DNA of 64,000 bases, from assembly GCA_965658245.1 (NCBI GenBank), contig CBFHRO010000002.1, positions 3,442-67,441 on the forward strand. Direction: 5' to 3'. Below are positions 37,820 to 47,452 of the stretch, piece after piece. A program made the translations under genes and the position numbers. How positions within the stretch are numbered: position 1 is the stretch's first letter; the number at the start of each line of letters is the position of its first letter. Below the pieces are notes generated by a model. It saw only the letters and a program-made list of their open reading frames with translations. It made no database searches and was not told where the DNA came from. This DNA comes from an uncultured Flavobacteriales bacterium (GTDB lineage Bacteria; Bacteroidota; Bacteroidia; Flavobacteriales_D; Sanyastnellaceae).

Positions 37820-40800
37820 TCATTGGGGTCGAAGAACGACCAGTTTGTCTGCGTATTGTGCAGACTGGCCAAATTCGTTCTCCCACGTCACGCGAAAGAC
37901 GTACACGCCAGGTGGTACGCGCCTTCCGGAAGAAGGTTTCAAATCCCACGTCATCACATCGTCCCGGAACCCAAGGACCTCGCCTTCAAACGTTTGTTGA
38001 TGCACGCGTTGCCCCTGCATGTTGTGCACGTCGAGGGTGACCTTGGCCATCCGGCACGCTTGGTTGCCGGCCATGCGGAAAGTCACGCCATCTCGCGTGG
38101 GATTGGGGTAGGCCAGCACTTCCAACAAGGCCACTTCCAGAGACGACGCCACCACAAAACGGGTCTCCGCTGTGGCGCTGTTGTTGGCCACGTCCCACAC
38201 TTTGAGCTCGAGGTGATGTTCGCCCTCGCTCAAATTTTGGAAGGGAAAACGAATGCTTCCCCGCTGGTACGTGTCCAAGTTAGACACGAAGTATTCGTTC
38301 AACACGAAGGGGCGACTTGCGTCTCCATCCAAGATCGCCTTGGCGTCATGGCCGATGCCGTTGCCCGAGGTGTTGATGCCACTCTCGTCAAAAATGCGGG
38401 CAAACAGCCAAGGATCCTCATGGACGAGGTCCCCCGCCTTGAACAGCGTGTCATTCATGAACACCTCGACCACAGGCCCCTCGTCATCGAGCGTGGGGTT
38501 GTCCGACGTACCTCCGATGATGAAATCTTCGGTGTAGCCGTGGGCATCGGTGTCATTCGACAAGGCGTAGCAACTGATTCGACCCGGCCCGTAAGCGTAA
38601 TTCAAATCCCGTGGCACGATGAACCGGAACTCAAACGCGCCATCCACCACAGAGGCCAAACCCTTGTGCAAGATGTTTTGAAACACCTCGTAGGTGAACG
38701 GTCCTTCGCTTGCGTCGTTGTCCAGCGTGGTCACCGAAGCCCGCTTGTCAAAGACCGTCGGGACCACCACACCACTGAATCCTTCGAGCGTATCGCCTTG
38801 GGCATTCCCCACGTAACCGCGGACAACCACTTCTTCCAGCGACCGCATGGTGTCTGGCACTTGGGTCAGATACACGTGTTCCGCAGGGTAGGCCAACTCG
38901 AGGGCCGGATCCCCCATCAAACTGAAGTTGCGGCTGTTGGTGTGGGAGATGATTTGGTCTGAATTCTTGGTGTCGCGGTAGATGTCCCCCAAACAACGCC
39001 CCTGAGCATCGTCCAGCGCCGTCTCAAAGAAAGCCCGATTCACCTGCTGGTTGCCCGAGCTGTAGACCGTCCGGGTGGTCGTCAACAACGCCACCCCGCC
39101 CCCTTGCGGATTGAACAAGATGGCCTCCCCCGCGGAATACGTGTCCGGATCGTCATAACGGAACAACTCGCACGTGGCCGTCATAAACACTGGCAACCGC
39201 CGCAAGTTGCTCCAGGCTTGGATGGTTTCCAGGTTCAAAATGCGTTCGTGTGCCCAGCCACGCTCCCCGCCATGTCCGATGTAGTTGACAATCAACGCGC
39301 CCTCATCCACCCGCCGGGCGATTTCCAAGGTGGCATCGTCGTACCGTTCCCCCCCAGGAGTGTTGGTTTGGACGTAGGCGTCCGGATACACTTTCACCAC
39401 GTCGTATTCGTTGTGGTTGGCGCGCAAGGTGTTGCTGTGCTCTTCGCTGTTTTCCATGTATCGATGGCCGTCTTGGTTGTTGCCATCTTGGTCGTCCGAG
39501 ACAAACAACACGCGGTTGCGCCAAGGGCCATACGTGCTGGTGCCATTGGGGTCCAAACACGACGCCGCGTCCCCCGCCACCTCGTCCACCCCCATGTATG
39601 TGGCTACCTTGCCCACGACCGCCAAGGCGGAGGCCAATTCAGGTGCAGGAATGCGCCCCACCCCAAACTGCAGCAAATCCTCAGGCCGTTCACCCTGTCC
39701 TTCCCCGACCAAGGCGAAGTAGTCGTCGGAGATGTAGCTCGTCGTGGTTTGGAGTGACTCTGAAGAATAGTGCCCCACCATCGTCGGCCCATTGCCTTGG
39801 ACATTTCGATTCTCGTAAGAAGCATCGCCCATCAACGTGAGGTAGCGAGGAGGCTGAATCGCACCGTCGCTCTGTGCCGCGCGGTCAGTGAGCATCATCA
39901 TGAGCATTTTGATGGCTGTGGGGTCTGACACCCCTGAGCTGAATCCATCGAACACGTCTTGCTGAGGCACAACGGCCACACGCAACCCCCTTGCCGCATG
40001 AAGGCTTGCCAAAGAGTCGGCGGCCTCCATCAATGGAGGCACGGTCACAATCACGTTGTCCACCTCCCCGAGACCGTGAACGTTGCTGTTGCCCACAGGA
40101 CCAAGTGCTTGAGGCCGCCGCGCCGAAGACCACCGGAAGGCGCAATACCGCTTGGGTGCGTCGGCCACGATGTCCCGCCACACCGTGCTTCCATTGGATG
40201 TGGTCGTGGACACGCGCGTGACCGCCAGCGGGTCCGTGACGTCCCAAACTTCGTCGGGCTCTGCACCACCCAACACGTACTCGGCACTTCCAACCGCGTT
40301 GCCTTCCCCGTCGATGGGCAGTCCATTGATGGGCATTTGGCCTGAGGTGTACACCAAATTTTGAGGCGCTTGATACGCGAGGTAATCGATCCACGCATTG
40401 CTGTCCTCTGTTCCTGGGGTGAACGTGGCCAAAACCTGGATGCCCGCCTGCGTCAACGTCGCGGTCAATTCCCCGCCCACGCTTCGCGCGAACAACAGCG
40501 ACGACGGGGACAAGAGGTTGTCGGTCAACGTCACGCTTTGGTCTTCGAAATCCCATTGAAGCTGAGAGGCACTTCCGGAACCGACGCTGCGCATGGCTGC
40601 GCCAAACCGAACCGTCGCAGGCGCCCCAACCACGGCATTCGCCAGAGGAAGGTTCCACGACGCGGTGTTGGCTCCAAGGGCAGACAAGCGACTTCCAAAC
40701 CAGTTTCGGCCGGAGCGAATCAAATTGACTTCGTGCTCCTCCCGTACCCCGAAAGCCACATGTTGGGCTCGAACCTCGTCCACTGCACCCGACCAAGGTT

Positions 40801-41749
40801 CGGCGGGCAAGATGTCCAAACGGCCCAACGAAACCGGGGCATCCGTCCTCAAAAACCACTTGGCTGTGTCTCCCCAGAGCGGTGCCTCGTGCACCCAACC
40901 ATCTTCGATGCTCCAGTCCCACGTCTCGTGGGCGGACGCGTACCAGCACAACTCGTCTCCAGGATCGAATGAACCATCGTCCAGGCCACGCAAGCGCACG
41001 TGCTGCTGAGGGATGTCCAAGGGACGATCGACGTCGTTGCGCAACGGCAAATGTTGTCCCCCACGTCCAAACAAGCGCAGGTTCGCAGGCACCACCGAAG
41101 CAGGTTCAATGCCGGCCTCGAGCAACTCGTCGTAGCCCAAGCAATGCACGCCCTCGGCTGTGGTGGCAAAGACGTGCCATTCACCCTCCGCCCGAACACT
41201 CGACTCCGGCCAATCTCGCGTCACACGATGACCTCCAATAGGAGAAGCGCCCAACACCGCATGCAGCGACACCAATCGCTCCCACTGTCCTCGGTCGTAG
41301 CGCACCACTGAACCGGACGCCCGCAACCACGACTGACCTGCAGCGCTCGGCGCGGCCCATTCCCAAGGAGCGACCTGCTTGCGTCGCCACTGGCTGTTCA
41401 ATTCAGAGAGCACATGGGCCTCGAGGGGGGTCCACACTTCTTCCACATCGAGAACCTCCACGCCTGGCCATGGGGCATGCAGAGGCTCCTGCCACGTCGT
41501 GGTGACGTCCCGTCCAGATTGCGCCACGAGGTTGAATACATCCTGCACATCCCACGCCAAATCGACCCTCACCACGAGCCCCTCCTCAGAGATGCTTGCC
41601 GTCGATTGTGCCCTGGCTTGGTCCTGCTCCGCGTAAACCCCTGTCCATAGCGCCAAAGAAAAAACCGCATAACAAAACACCCTCCACCCACGTTGAGATG
41701 TGAACAACCTCCCGGCATGTCCGAGGAGTTCATAGTGTGAATCGTGCAT
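37820..41749 (-). CDS. porU: T9SS C-terminal signal peptidase/sortase PorU (peptidase C25 family)
   Basis: About 1300 aa. Gingipain-like catalytic region 'NYIGHGGERGW' (His) and 'FMTATCELF' (Cys). C-terminal CTD-like end. Start taken at ATG 41749 before the hydrophobic 'WRVFCYAVFSLALWTGVYA'; ATG 41773 is an alternative. Confidence 0.85.
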   Translation of the reverse strand: MHDSHYELLGHAGRLFTSQRGWRVFCYAVFSLALWTGVYAEQDQARAQSTASISEEGLVVRVDLAWDVQDVFNLVAQSGRDVTTTWQEPLHAPWPGVEVLDVEEVWTPLEAHVLSELNSQWRRKQVAPWEWAAPSAAGQSWLRASGSVVRYDRGQWERLVSLHAVLGASPIGGHRVTRDWPESSVRAEGEWHVFATTAEGVHCLGYDELLEAGIEPASVVPANLRLFGRGGQHLPLRNDVDRPLDIPQQHVRLRGLDDGSFDPGDELCWYASAHETWDWSIEDGWVHEAPLWGDTAKWFLRTDAPVSLGRLDILPAEPWSGAVDEVRAQHVAFGVREEHEVNLIRSGRNWFGSRLSALGANTASWNLPLANAVVGAPATVRFGAAMRSVGSGSASQLQWDFEDQSVTLTDNLLSPSSLLFARSVGGELTATLTQAGIQVLATFTPGTEDSNAWIDYLAYQAPQNLVYTSGQMPINGLPIDGEGNAVGSAEYVLGGAEPDEVWDVTDPLAVTRVSTTTSNGSTVWRDIVADAPKRYCAFRWSSARRPQALGPVGNSNVHGLGEVDNVIVTVPPLMEAADSLASLHAARGLRVAVVPQQDVFDGFSSGVSDPTAIKMLMMMLTDRAAQSDGAIQPPRYLTLMGDASYENRNVQGNGPTMVGHYSSESLQTTTSYISDDYFALVGEGQGERPEDLLQFGVGRIPAPELASALAVVGKVATYMGVDEVAGDAASCLDPNGTSTYGPWRNRVLFVSDDQDGNNQDGHRYMENSEEHSNTLRANHNEYDVVKVYPDAYVQTNTPGGERYDDATLEIARRVDEGALIVNYIGHGGERGWAHERILNLETIQAWSNLRRLPVFMTATCELFRYDDPDTYSAGEAILFNPQGGGVALLTTTRTVYSSGNQQVNRAFFETALDDAQGRCLGDIYRDTKNSDQIISHTNSRNFSLMGDPALELAYPAEHVYLTQVPDTMRSLEEVVVRGYVGNAQGDTLEGFSGVVVPTVFDKRASVTTLDNDASEGPFTYEVFQNILHKGLASVVDGAFEFRFIVPRDLNYAYGPGRISCYALSNDTDAHGYTEDFIIGGTSDNPTLDDEGPVVEVFMNDTLFKAGDLVHEDPWLFARIFDESGINTSGNGIGHDAKAILDGDASRPFVLNEYFVSNLDTYQRGSIRFPFQNLSEGEHHLELKVWDVANNSATAETRFVVASSLEVALLEVLAYPNPTRDGVTFRMAGNQACRMAKVTLDVHNMQGQRVHQQTFEGEVLGFRDDVMTWDLKPSSGRRVPPGVYVFRVTWENEFGQSAQYADKLVVLRPQ

Positions 41750-41900
41750 TTTCGCAGAGAAGATTGAACCCATGATGCTTTTGTCCAACAGCACCCCTAC
41801 GCACAAAGGTGCGGCATATTGTGCGAAGCCCCGACGATTGGGGTCCGCTGCCCGCCGGGCCAAGGGCATCTCCTGGTCTTCCGGGCATACCTCGGCAAAA

Positions 41901-41915
41901 TTCCGTAACATTGTG
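41901..41915 (+). repeat. copy 1 of an exact 15-nt motif TTCCGTAACATTGTG (promoter-proximal)
   Basis: Located 21 nt upstream of the porP/sprF ATG at 41937. An identical 15-mer is at 49664-49678. It contains TAACATTG, a near match to TAnnTTTG. Confidence 0.5.
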
Positions 41916-41936
41916 GGTTCAACACATTGTCCGATC

Positions 41937-42932
41937 ATGACGAAATTCACCTCCTGCCTTGTTCTCCTTGCAATGACCGCCGTGTTTTTTGTGGGAGTTG
42001 CCCCTCAGGAAGCCCACGCGCAAGACCCGGAATTCTCCCAATTTTATTCCAATCCCTTGCTGCTCAATCCTGCGTTTGCCGGGACCGCCCGAGGGCCTCG
42101 TGTGGTGATGTCTCATCGCAATCAATGGCCGTCCATGAGCGGGGCGTTTGTCACGCAGGCAGTGGGGTATGATCAGCATTTCAACTCCATCTCAGGCGGT
42201 TTGGGCCTGGTGCTGATGAACGACCAAGCAGGCCAAAACACCCTCACAACCACCCGCATCACAGGGATGTATTCCTACCAACAAGCCATCTCTCGCAAAT
42301 TGTCTTTGCGCATGGCCTTGGAGGCGAGTTACTTCCAAAAGGCACTGGACTGGAGCAACCTCACCTTTGGTGACATGATCGATCCGCGCCGAGGGTTCAT
42401 CTACGAAACGGCCGACACCCCTCGCGGAGAGACCGTGAAAAAAGTGGACTTTGGCGCGGGATTGCTCGCTTTCACTGAGAAATTTTACGCTGGGGTTGCT
42501 GGGCACCACTTGAATGAGCCCAATGAAAGCTTGGTGGTTGGCACCAGTCGTCTCCCCATGAAGATCACGGGGCACGCAGGGGCGAAGCTGCCCTTGCAGC
42601 GCAGCGTCAAAGGTGTTGAAGCCTGGATCTCACCCAACGTTCTTTATCGTCGTCAGGGGGAATTCCAGCAGTTGAACATGGGCGTGTACGTGAGCAAAGG
42701 TCCTCTCGTGGCAGGCGTTTGGCACCGGGGGTTCTTCTCCGAGGATACGCGCGATGCCTTGATTGTGCTTTTGGGAGTTGAAACCGCCCTGATGCGCTTT
42801 GGCTACAGCTACGACATCACCATCTCTGACCTCACGCCAGCGACGGGGGGCGCCCACGAACTGAGTCTCAGCATGAAGTTCGCTTCACCGCGACGCTCCA
42901 AATTCCGGACCGTCTCCTGCCCGACGTTCTGA
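41937..42932 (+). CDS. PorP/SprF-family T9SS membrane protein
   Basis: The ATG at 41937 gives a signal peptide. 'DPEFSQFYSNPLLLNPAFAG' is the family hallmark. C-terminal 'GGAHELSL' and a beta-barrel pattern. Confidence 0.88.
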   Translation: MTKFTSCLVLLAMTAVFFVGVAPQEAHAQDPEFSQFYSNPLLLNPAFAGTARGPRVVMSHRNQWPSMSGAFVTQAVGYDQHFNSISGGLGLVLMNDQAGQNTLTTTRITGMYSYQQAISRKLSLRMALEASYFQKALDWSNLTFGDMIDPRRGFIYETADTPRGETVKKVDFGAGLLAFTEKFYAGVAGHHLNEPNESLVVGTSRLPMKITGHAGAKLPLQRSVKGVEAWISPNVLYRRQGEFQQLNMGVYVSKGPLVAGVWHRGFFSEDTRDALIVLLGVETALMRFGYSYDITISDLTPATGGAHELSLSMKFASPRRSKFRTVSCPTF

Positions 42933-42983
42933 CTTGACGAAACCTGCATTCTACTCGAAACCTGAAAATTGAACCCGCACAAC

Positions 42984-44738
42984 ATGACGCAAAAGCACAT
43001 TCTTGGCTTGCTCGCAGTCGCCGTTGGTCTGATGACTTTGAACGGTTGTTACTACGAACGCTCAGGCGCCACAGGTTGGGCGTACAACGAGACCTTCAAC
43101 GGCGGCTTCGAACGCACGCCCTATTTCGAACAAGAAACAGGCCCAGGCCTGATTTTTGTGGAAGGTGGTACGTTCACCATGGGTCAAGTGGACGACGACT
43201 TGAACTACGCTTGGGACAACATTCCTCGCCGCACCACGGTGTCCTCATTCTACATGGACGAAACCGAGGTCACCAATCACTTTTGGACGGAGTACCTCGC
43301 TTGGCTGCAACGCATCTACGGCTCATCCTACCCGGAGATTGTGGAACGTGCCTTGCCCGACACCGCGGCATGGAGAAACAAGCTGGCCTACAACGAGCCC
43401 ATGGTCAATTACTACCTCCGCCACCCTGCGTACCGCGACTATCCGGTGGTTGGTGTGAGTTGGTTGCAAGCCAATGACTTCTGCAAATGGCGCTCGGACC
43501 GTGTCAACGAAGGCATCTTGATTCGCGAGGGCATCTTGGCTCACAACCCCGACGCCCAAATCGACGAGGAACACTTCACAACCGAAACGTATCTCTCAGG
43601 TCAGTACCAGGGTGAACGGATTCGTGAGGGCTTGCCCAGCTACGGCTTGAACACAGAATTCCGAGATGTTCGCATGGAAGATGGTGTGTTGCTGCCCAAC
43701 TACCGCCTTCCCACCGAAGCCGAATGGGAATTCTCTGCACTGGGCCTCATCGGCAACAGCCTTGGCGAGCTTGTCGCCGAACGCAAAACATACCCCTGGA
43801 ACGGACACTTCGTTCGAAATGGAGACAGCCGCACAGCTGGATACGGCAGCATCAATGCCAACTTCGTCAAAGGCCGTGGTGACTACATGGGTGTGGCTGG
43901 TGCCCTGGATGACTTCGGGGACATCACCGTCGACGTGTATGCATACGCTCCCAACGATTACGGTCTGTACAACATGGCCGGCAACGTAAACGAATGGGTG
44001 ATGGACGTCTACCGTCCTTTGTCCATCCAAGACAACAACGAATTCCGTCCTTTCCGCGGCAATGTTTACAAAACGAAGCGACTCGATGCGGAAGGCAACC
44101 CCGTGGACAAGTACGATTACGTCGTCTACAGCATCCCCGGCGTCAAAGAATTTCTCGCGACTTACGAGAAAGAAGGCAACTCTGTTGGCATCTTCACCCC
44201 TGAAGACGTGGATTTGATGGGCAACCTGAGTTCCAAGGTCACCGAAGCTGAAGAGCGCTTGAAGGAACAACGCTTCGAAGAAGCACAAACCTTGATGCAG
44301 GACGCCATGGACCTCATCGTGGACAGCGATGCCTTGGCCGCGGCTGACCTTCGAAAGGGATTCAGCAACAACATCGATGCCTTGCCAGGGGAAATGCAGA
44401 AGCGAAACGAATCGCTTGAAGAAAACCTGAACCGCACCAACTACCGCATTGCCGACAACACCGACTACCTCGATGGCGATCGGAACAGTTCCTTCGATTT
44501 TGCCGCTCAATCTGCGGAAGAAGACCAGCTCAAAGACAAGCGCGTCTACAACTTCGGGGGATCTTCTTTGATCAGCAACCGCAGCCGCGTCTACAAGGGC
44601 GGTGGATGGGACGATCGTGCGTACTACCTCATCCCAGGCACCCGTCGCTACCTCGACGAGCGCCAGAGCTCGGCCTCCATTGGGTTCCGGTGCGCCATGG
44701 ATCGTGTGGGCACCCCCGTCCCCTTCAGCGGCCAGTGA
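42984..44738 (+). CDS. gldJ: gliding motility lipoprotein GldJ (SUMF1/FGE-like domain)
   Basis: Lipobox 'LMTLNGC', 'SGATGWAYN', FGE-sulfatase-type motifs 'NMAGNVNEWV', 'RVYKGGGWDD', 'IGFRCAM'. ATG at 42984; the track start at 42969 is TTG. It is adjacent to porU/porV and murF, as in Flavobacterium. Confidence 0.85.
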   Translation: MTQKHILGLLAVAVGLMTLNGCYYERSGATGWAYNETFNGGFERTPYFEQETGPGLIFVEGGTFTMGQVDDDLNYAWDNIPRRTTVSSFYMDETEVTNHFWTEYLAWLQRIYGSSYPEIVERALPDTAAWRNKLAYNEPMVNYYLRHPAYRDYPVVGVSWLQANDFCKWRSDRVNEGILIREGILAHNPDAQIDEEHFTTETYLSGQYQGERIREGLPSYGLNTEFRDVRMEDGVLLPNYRLPTEAEWEFSALGLIGNSLGELVAERKTYPWNGHFVRNGDSRTAGYGSINANFVKGRGDYMGVAGALDDFGDITVDVYAYAPNDYGLYNMAGNVNEWVMDVYRPLSIQDNNEFRPFRGNVYKTKRLDAEGNPVDKYDYVVYSIPGVKEFLATYEKEGNSVGIFTPEDVDLMGNLSSKVTEAEERLKEQRFEEAQTLMQDAMDLIVDSDALAAADLRKGFSNNIDALPGEMQKRNESLEENLNRTNYRIADNTDYLDGDRNSSFDFAAQSAEEDQLKDKRVYNFGGSSLISNRSRVYKGGGWDDRAYYLIPGTRRYLDERQSSASIGFRCAMDRVGTPVPFSGQ

Positions 44739-44783
44739 TGCCTCACGTCCCCAAGAGGACGTCAACAACTTGAATGCTTCAAA

Positions 44784-44809
44784 CCCCGCAGCCGAGCTGC
44801 GGGGTTTTT
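44784..44809 (+). terminator. rho-independent terminator after gldJ
   Basis: 9-bp stem CCCCGCAGC/GCTGCGGGG, loop CGA, then T5. Confidence 0.7.
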
Positions 44810-44832
44810 CTTTGTTTTGAACTTCCACCACG

Positions 44833-46125
44833 ATGATTGCGCTCTCTCCAAACATCCTCTCGCGCTTGCTCACCGCGCGAGATGCGTCGAACGGTGTGTC
44901 GACTGACACCCGTGCGTCGTTGCAAGGAAAGATGTTCTTTGCGCTTCGTGGTTCGAATTTCGACGGCAACACCTTTGTTCAAAACGCCCTTGACCAAGGT
45001 GCGACGCACGCCGTGACCACGGACCGTGCGTGGGAAGGACACGACAAGGTCACCGTGGTCGAAAACGAACTCGGCGCCCTTCAGAGCTTGGCGCGCGCCT
45101 ATCGAAGACGGTGGGAGTGTCCGGTTTTGGGCATGACGGGAAGCAATGGGAAAACCACCACCAAAGAGCTCATTCGCGACGTGTTGTCCACCACCTTCAA
45201 GGTGCACGCCACGCTCGGCAACCTGAACAACCACATCGGAGTGCCCTTGACCCTTCTCAATGCCCCGGCCGATCCTGAATTTGTGGTGGTCGAGATGGGG
45301 GCCAACCACCAAGGAGAAATTCGTCTTCTCGCGCGCGTGGCGGAGCCCACATACGGCTACATCACCAACATCGGACTGGCTCACCTGGAAGGTTTTGGAG
45401 GAGAAGAGGGCGTTTACAAGGGAAAAAAGGAACTGTTTGACCACTTGGCGCAACATCATGGAACTGCATTTGTCCAAAGGAGCGATGCCAAAGTGGTGCG
45501 CGCGAGTCAAGAGGTCCAAGCCAAGGTTGACGTCCCCACCCAGCAATGGTGTTGGACCGCCCGACAAGGAGGTGGTGGCGTGGCTTCATGTGGTGAAACG
45601 TCCATCGCATTGAATTTGGAGGGCAGTTACAATTTGGGAAATGTGGTGGCTGCCGTGACCATTGGTGCCCACTTTGGCGTGCCCATGGACCGTGCTTGCG
45701 CTGCGTTGTCTTCCTATGTCCCCGAAAACCACCGTTCGCAGTCCATGACGACCGAACACAATTGGGTGGTTCTTGACGCCTACAATGCCAATCCATCGAG
45801 CATGGACCATGCGCTGCGCGATTTTGGATTTCGGGGCCACAACGCACCATTGGCCATTTTGGGCGACATGGCCGAATTGGGCGCGGCCAGTGAAGAATCT
45901 CACCGAAACGTGGTCGAAACGTGCCTTCAGCTTGGGGTTGAACTTTGGACGGTGGGCGCGCACTTTGGCCAGGTTTGCACCGCAGGAGAAACCCCAAACT
46001 GGACGCATTTCGGCGCCATGGAAACGCTGTTGTTGCGCCTTGAGAAGGACCCGCCACGGAAACGACAAATCTTGGTCAAAGGAAGCCGAAGTGCGGCGCT
46101 TGAAAGGCTCGTTCCGTACTTGTAA
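44833..46125 (+). CDS. murF: UDP-N-acetylmuramoyl-tripeptide--D-alanyl-D-alanine ligase
   Basis: 'GMTGSNGKTTTKE', 'EMGANHQGEI', 'DAYNANPSSM'. Confidence 0.92.
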   Translation: MIALSPNILSRLLTARDASNGVSTDTRASLQGKMFFALRGSNFDGNTFVQNALDQGATHAVTTDRAWEGHDKVTVVENELGALQSLARAYRRRWECPVLGMTGSNGKTTTKELIRDVLSTTFKVHATLGNLNNHIGVPLTLLNAPADPEFVVVEMGANHQGEIRLLARVAEPTYGYITNIGLAHLEGFGGEEGVYKGKKELFDHLAQHHGTAFVQRSDAKVVRASQEVQAKVDVPTQQWCWTARQGGGGVASCGETSIALNLEGSYNLGNVVAAVTIGAHFGVPMDRACAALSSYVPENHRSQSMTTEHNWVVLDAYNANPSSMDHALRDFGFRGHNAPLAILGDMAELGAASEESHRNVVETCLQLGVELWTVGAHFGQVCTAGETPNWTHFGAMETLLLRLEKDPPRKRQILVKGSRSAALERLVPYL

Positions 46126-46145
46126 GGGGCGTTATCTTTGCGTCC

Positions 46146-47420
46146 ATGTCGCTGATTGAAGAACTGAAATGGCGCGGGCTGTTGCATGACATCATGCCCG
46201 GTACAGAGGACCTCATGAACGAGGAGCGTGTCAAGGCCTACGTGGGTTTTGACCCCACGGCTGACAGCCTCCACATCGGCAACCTAGTGCCCATCATGTT
46301 GCTCGTCCATTGGCAACGAGCGGGACACACACCCATCGCCTTGGTGGGGGGAGCCACAGGCATGGTGGGTGACCCGAGCGGCAAGACGGCCGAACGCCAA
46401 TTTTTGGACCTCGACGTGCTTCAGCACAACTTGGCATGCCAACGGGCGCAACTCGAAAAGTTCCTGGACTTCGAAGGCGAGAATGCCGCCAGCGTGGTGA
46501 ACAACCACGATTGGTTCAAGGAATTTGGGTTTTTGGACTTCATCCGCGACGTGGGAAAGCACATCACGGTGAACTACATGATGTCCAAAGACAGCGTGAA
46601 GAACCGCCTCGAAAGTGGCATGAGCTTCACCGAATTCACCTACCAATTGGTGCAAGGCTACGACTTCTACCACCTGTGGAAGGAGCATGACGTGAAAGTC
46701 CAAATGGGCGGCAGCGATCAATGGGGCAACATCGTCACGGGCACCGAATTGATTCGTCGCAAAGGGGGTGGACAGGCCTTCGCCATCACAGCTCCGTTGA
46801 TCACCAAAGCCGACGGCTCCAAGTTTGGCAAAAGTGAAGGCGGGAATGTGTGGTTGGACAAAAACCGCACCTCAGCCTACAAGTTCTACCAGTACTGGAT
46901 CAACGCGGCAGATGAAGATGCCGCCCGCTACCTGCGCATCTTCACATTGATGTCGCGAGAGGACATCGAAGCCATCGAAGCGGCCCATGCTGAAAATCCC
47001 GGAATGCGCGCCATGCAAAAAGCCCTGGCCGAGGACGTGACACGACGCATCCATGGCCAAGTCGACCTCGACACGGCCATCGCTGCGAGTGCCTTGCTGT
47101 TTGGAAAGAGTTCTGAGGAAGACCTGCGTGCCCTGCCCGAAGCCGAACTGCTCAGCGTATTTGAAGGTGTGCCTCAGCGCACCGTGTCACGTGAAGACCT
47201 CGCGTCAGGCATGGGCATTGTGGAGCTCCTGGCCGGTGGCGAAGGGGCATTTCTCGGAAGCAACGGAGAGGCGCGAAGGGCCCTGAAAGAAGGCAGTGTG
47301 AGCGTCAACAAAGCCAAGGTCAACGACAGCCGCGTGGTGACTTCGGACGACGTCATCGGATCTGGTCTCATCTTGCTGCAACGCGGCAAGAAGAACTACT
47401 TCTTGGTGCGGGTGAAATAA
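46146..47420 (+). CDS. tyrS: tyrosine--tRNA ligase
   Basis: HIGH motif 'DSLHIGNL', KMSKS motif 'KFGKS', C-terminal S4-like domain. Confidence 0.95.
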   Translation: MSLIEELKWRGLLHDIMPGTEDLMNEERVKAYVGFDPTADSLHIGNLVPIMLLVHWQRAGHTPIALVGGATGMVGDPSGKTAERQFLDLDVLQHNLACQRAQLEKFLDFEGENAASVVNNHDWFKEFGFLDFIRDVGKHITVNYMMSKDSVKNRLESGMSFTEFTYQLVQGYDFYHLWKEHDVKVQMGGSDQWGNIVTGTELIRRKGGGQAFAITAPLITKADGSKFGKSEGGNVWLDKNRTSAYKFYQYWINAADEDAARYLRIFTLMSREDIEAIEAAHAENPGMRAMQKALAEDVTRRIHGQVDLDTAIAASALLFGKSSEEDLRALPEAELLSVFEGVPQRTVSREDLASGMGIVELLAGGEGAFLGSNGEARRALKEGSVSVNKAKVNDSRVVTSDDVIGSGLILLQRGKKNYFLVRVK

Positions 47421-47452
47421 GGGAGATCGGACCTCTGAGGCCCCTGCTGACC

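Noticed and set aside
37760-38962. A 400-aa plus-strand ORF antisense to porU, and similarly a 458-aa minus-strand ORF (43596-44972) antisense to gldJ.
   Set aside because: Both are codon-aligned shadows of strongly supported genes, and neither has recognisable motifs.
41750-41950. N-terminal extensions of track ORFs. Examples: porU to 41950, the LuxE-like gene to 49868, the Wzz-like gene from 57705, the ExbB gene to 22923, the porV gene to 37872, and the surface-protein gene to 55964.
   Set aside because: The extensions precede obvious signal peptides or family N-termini. They often begin with TTG or GTG, and they would overlap neighbouring genes or erase divergent promoter regions. Internal ATG starts give canonical N-termini.
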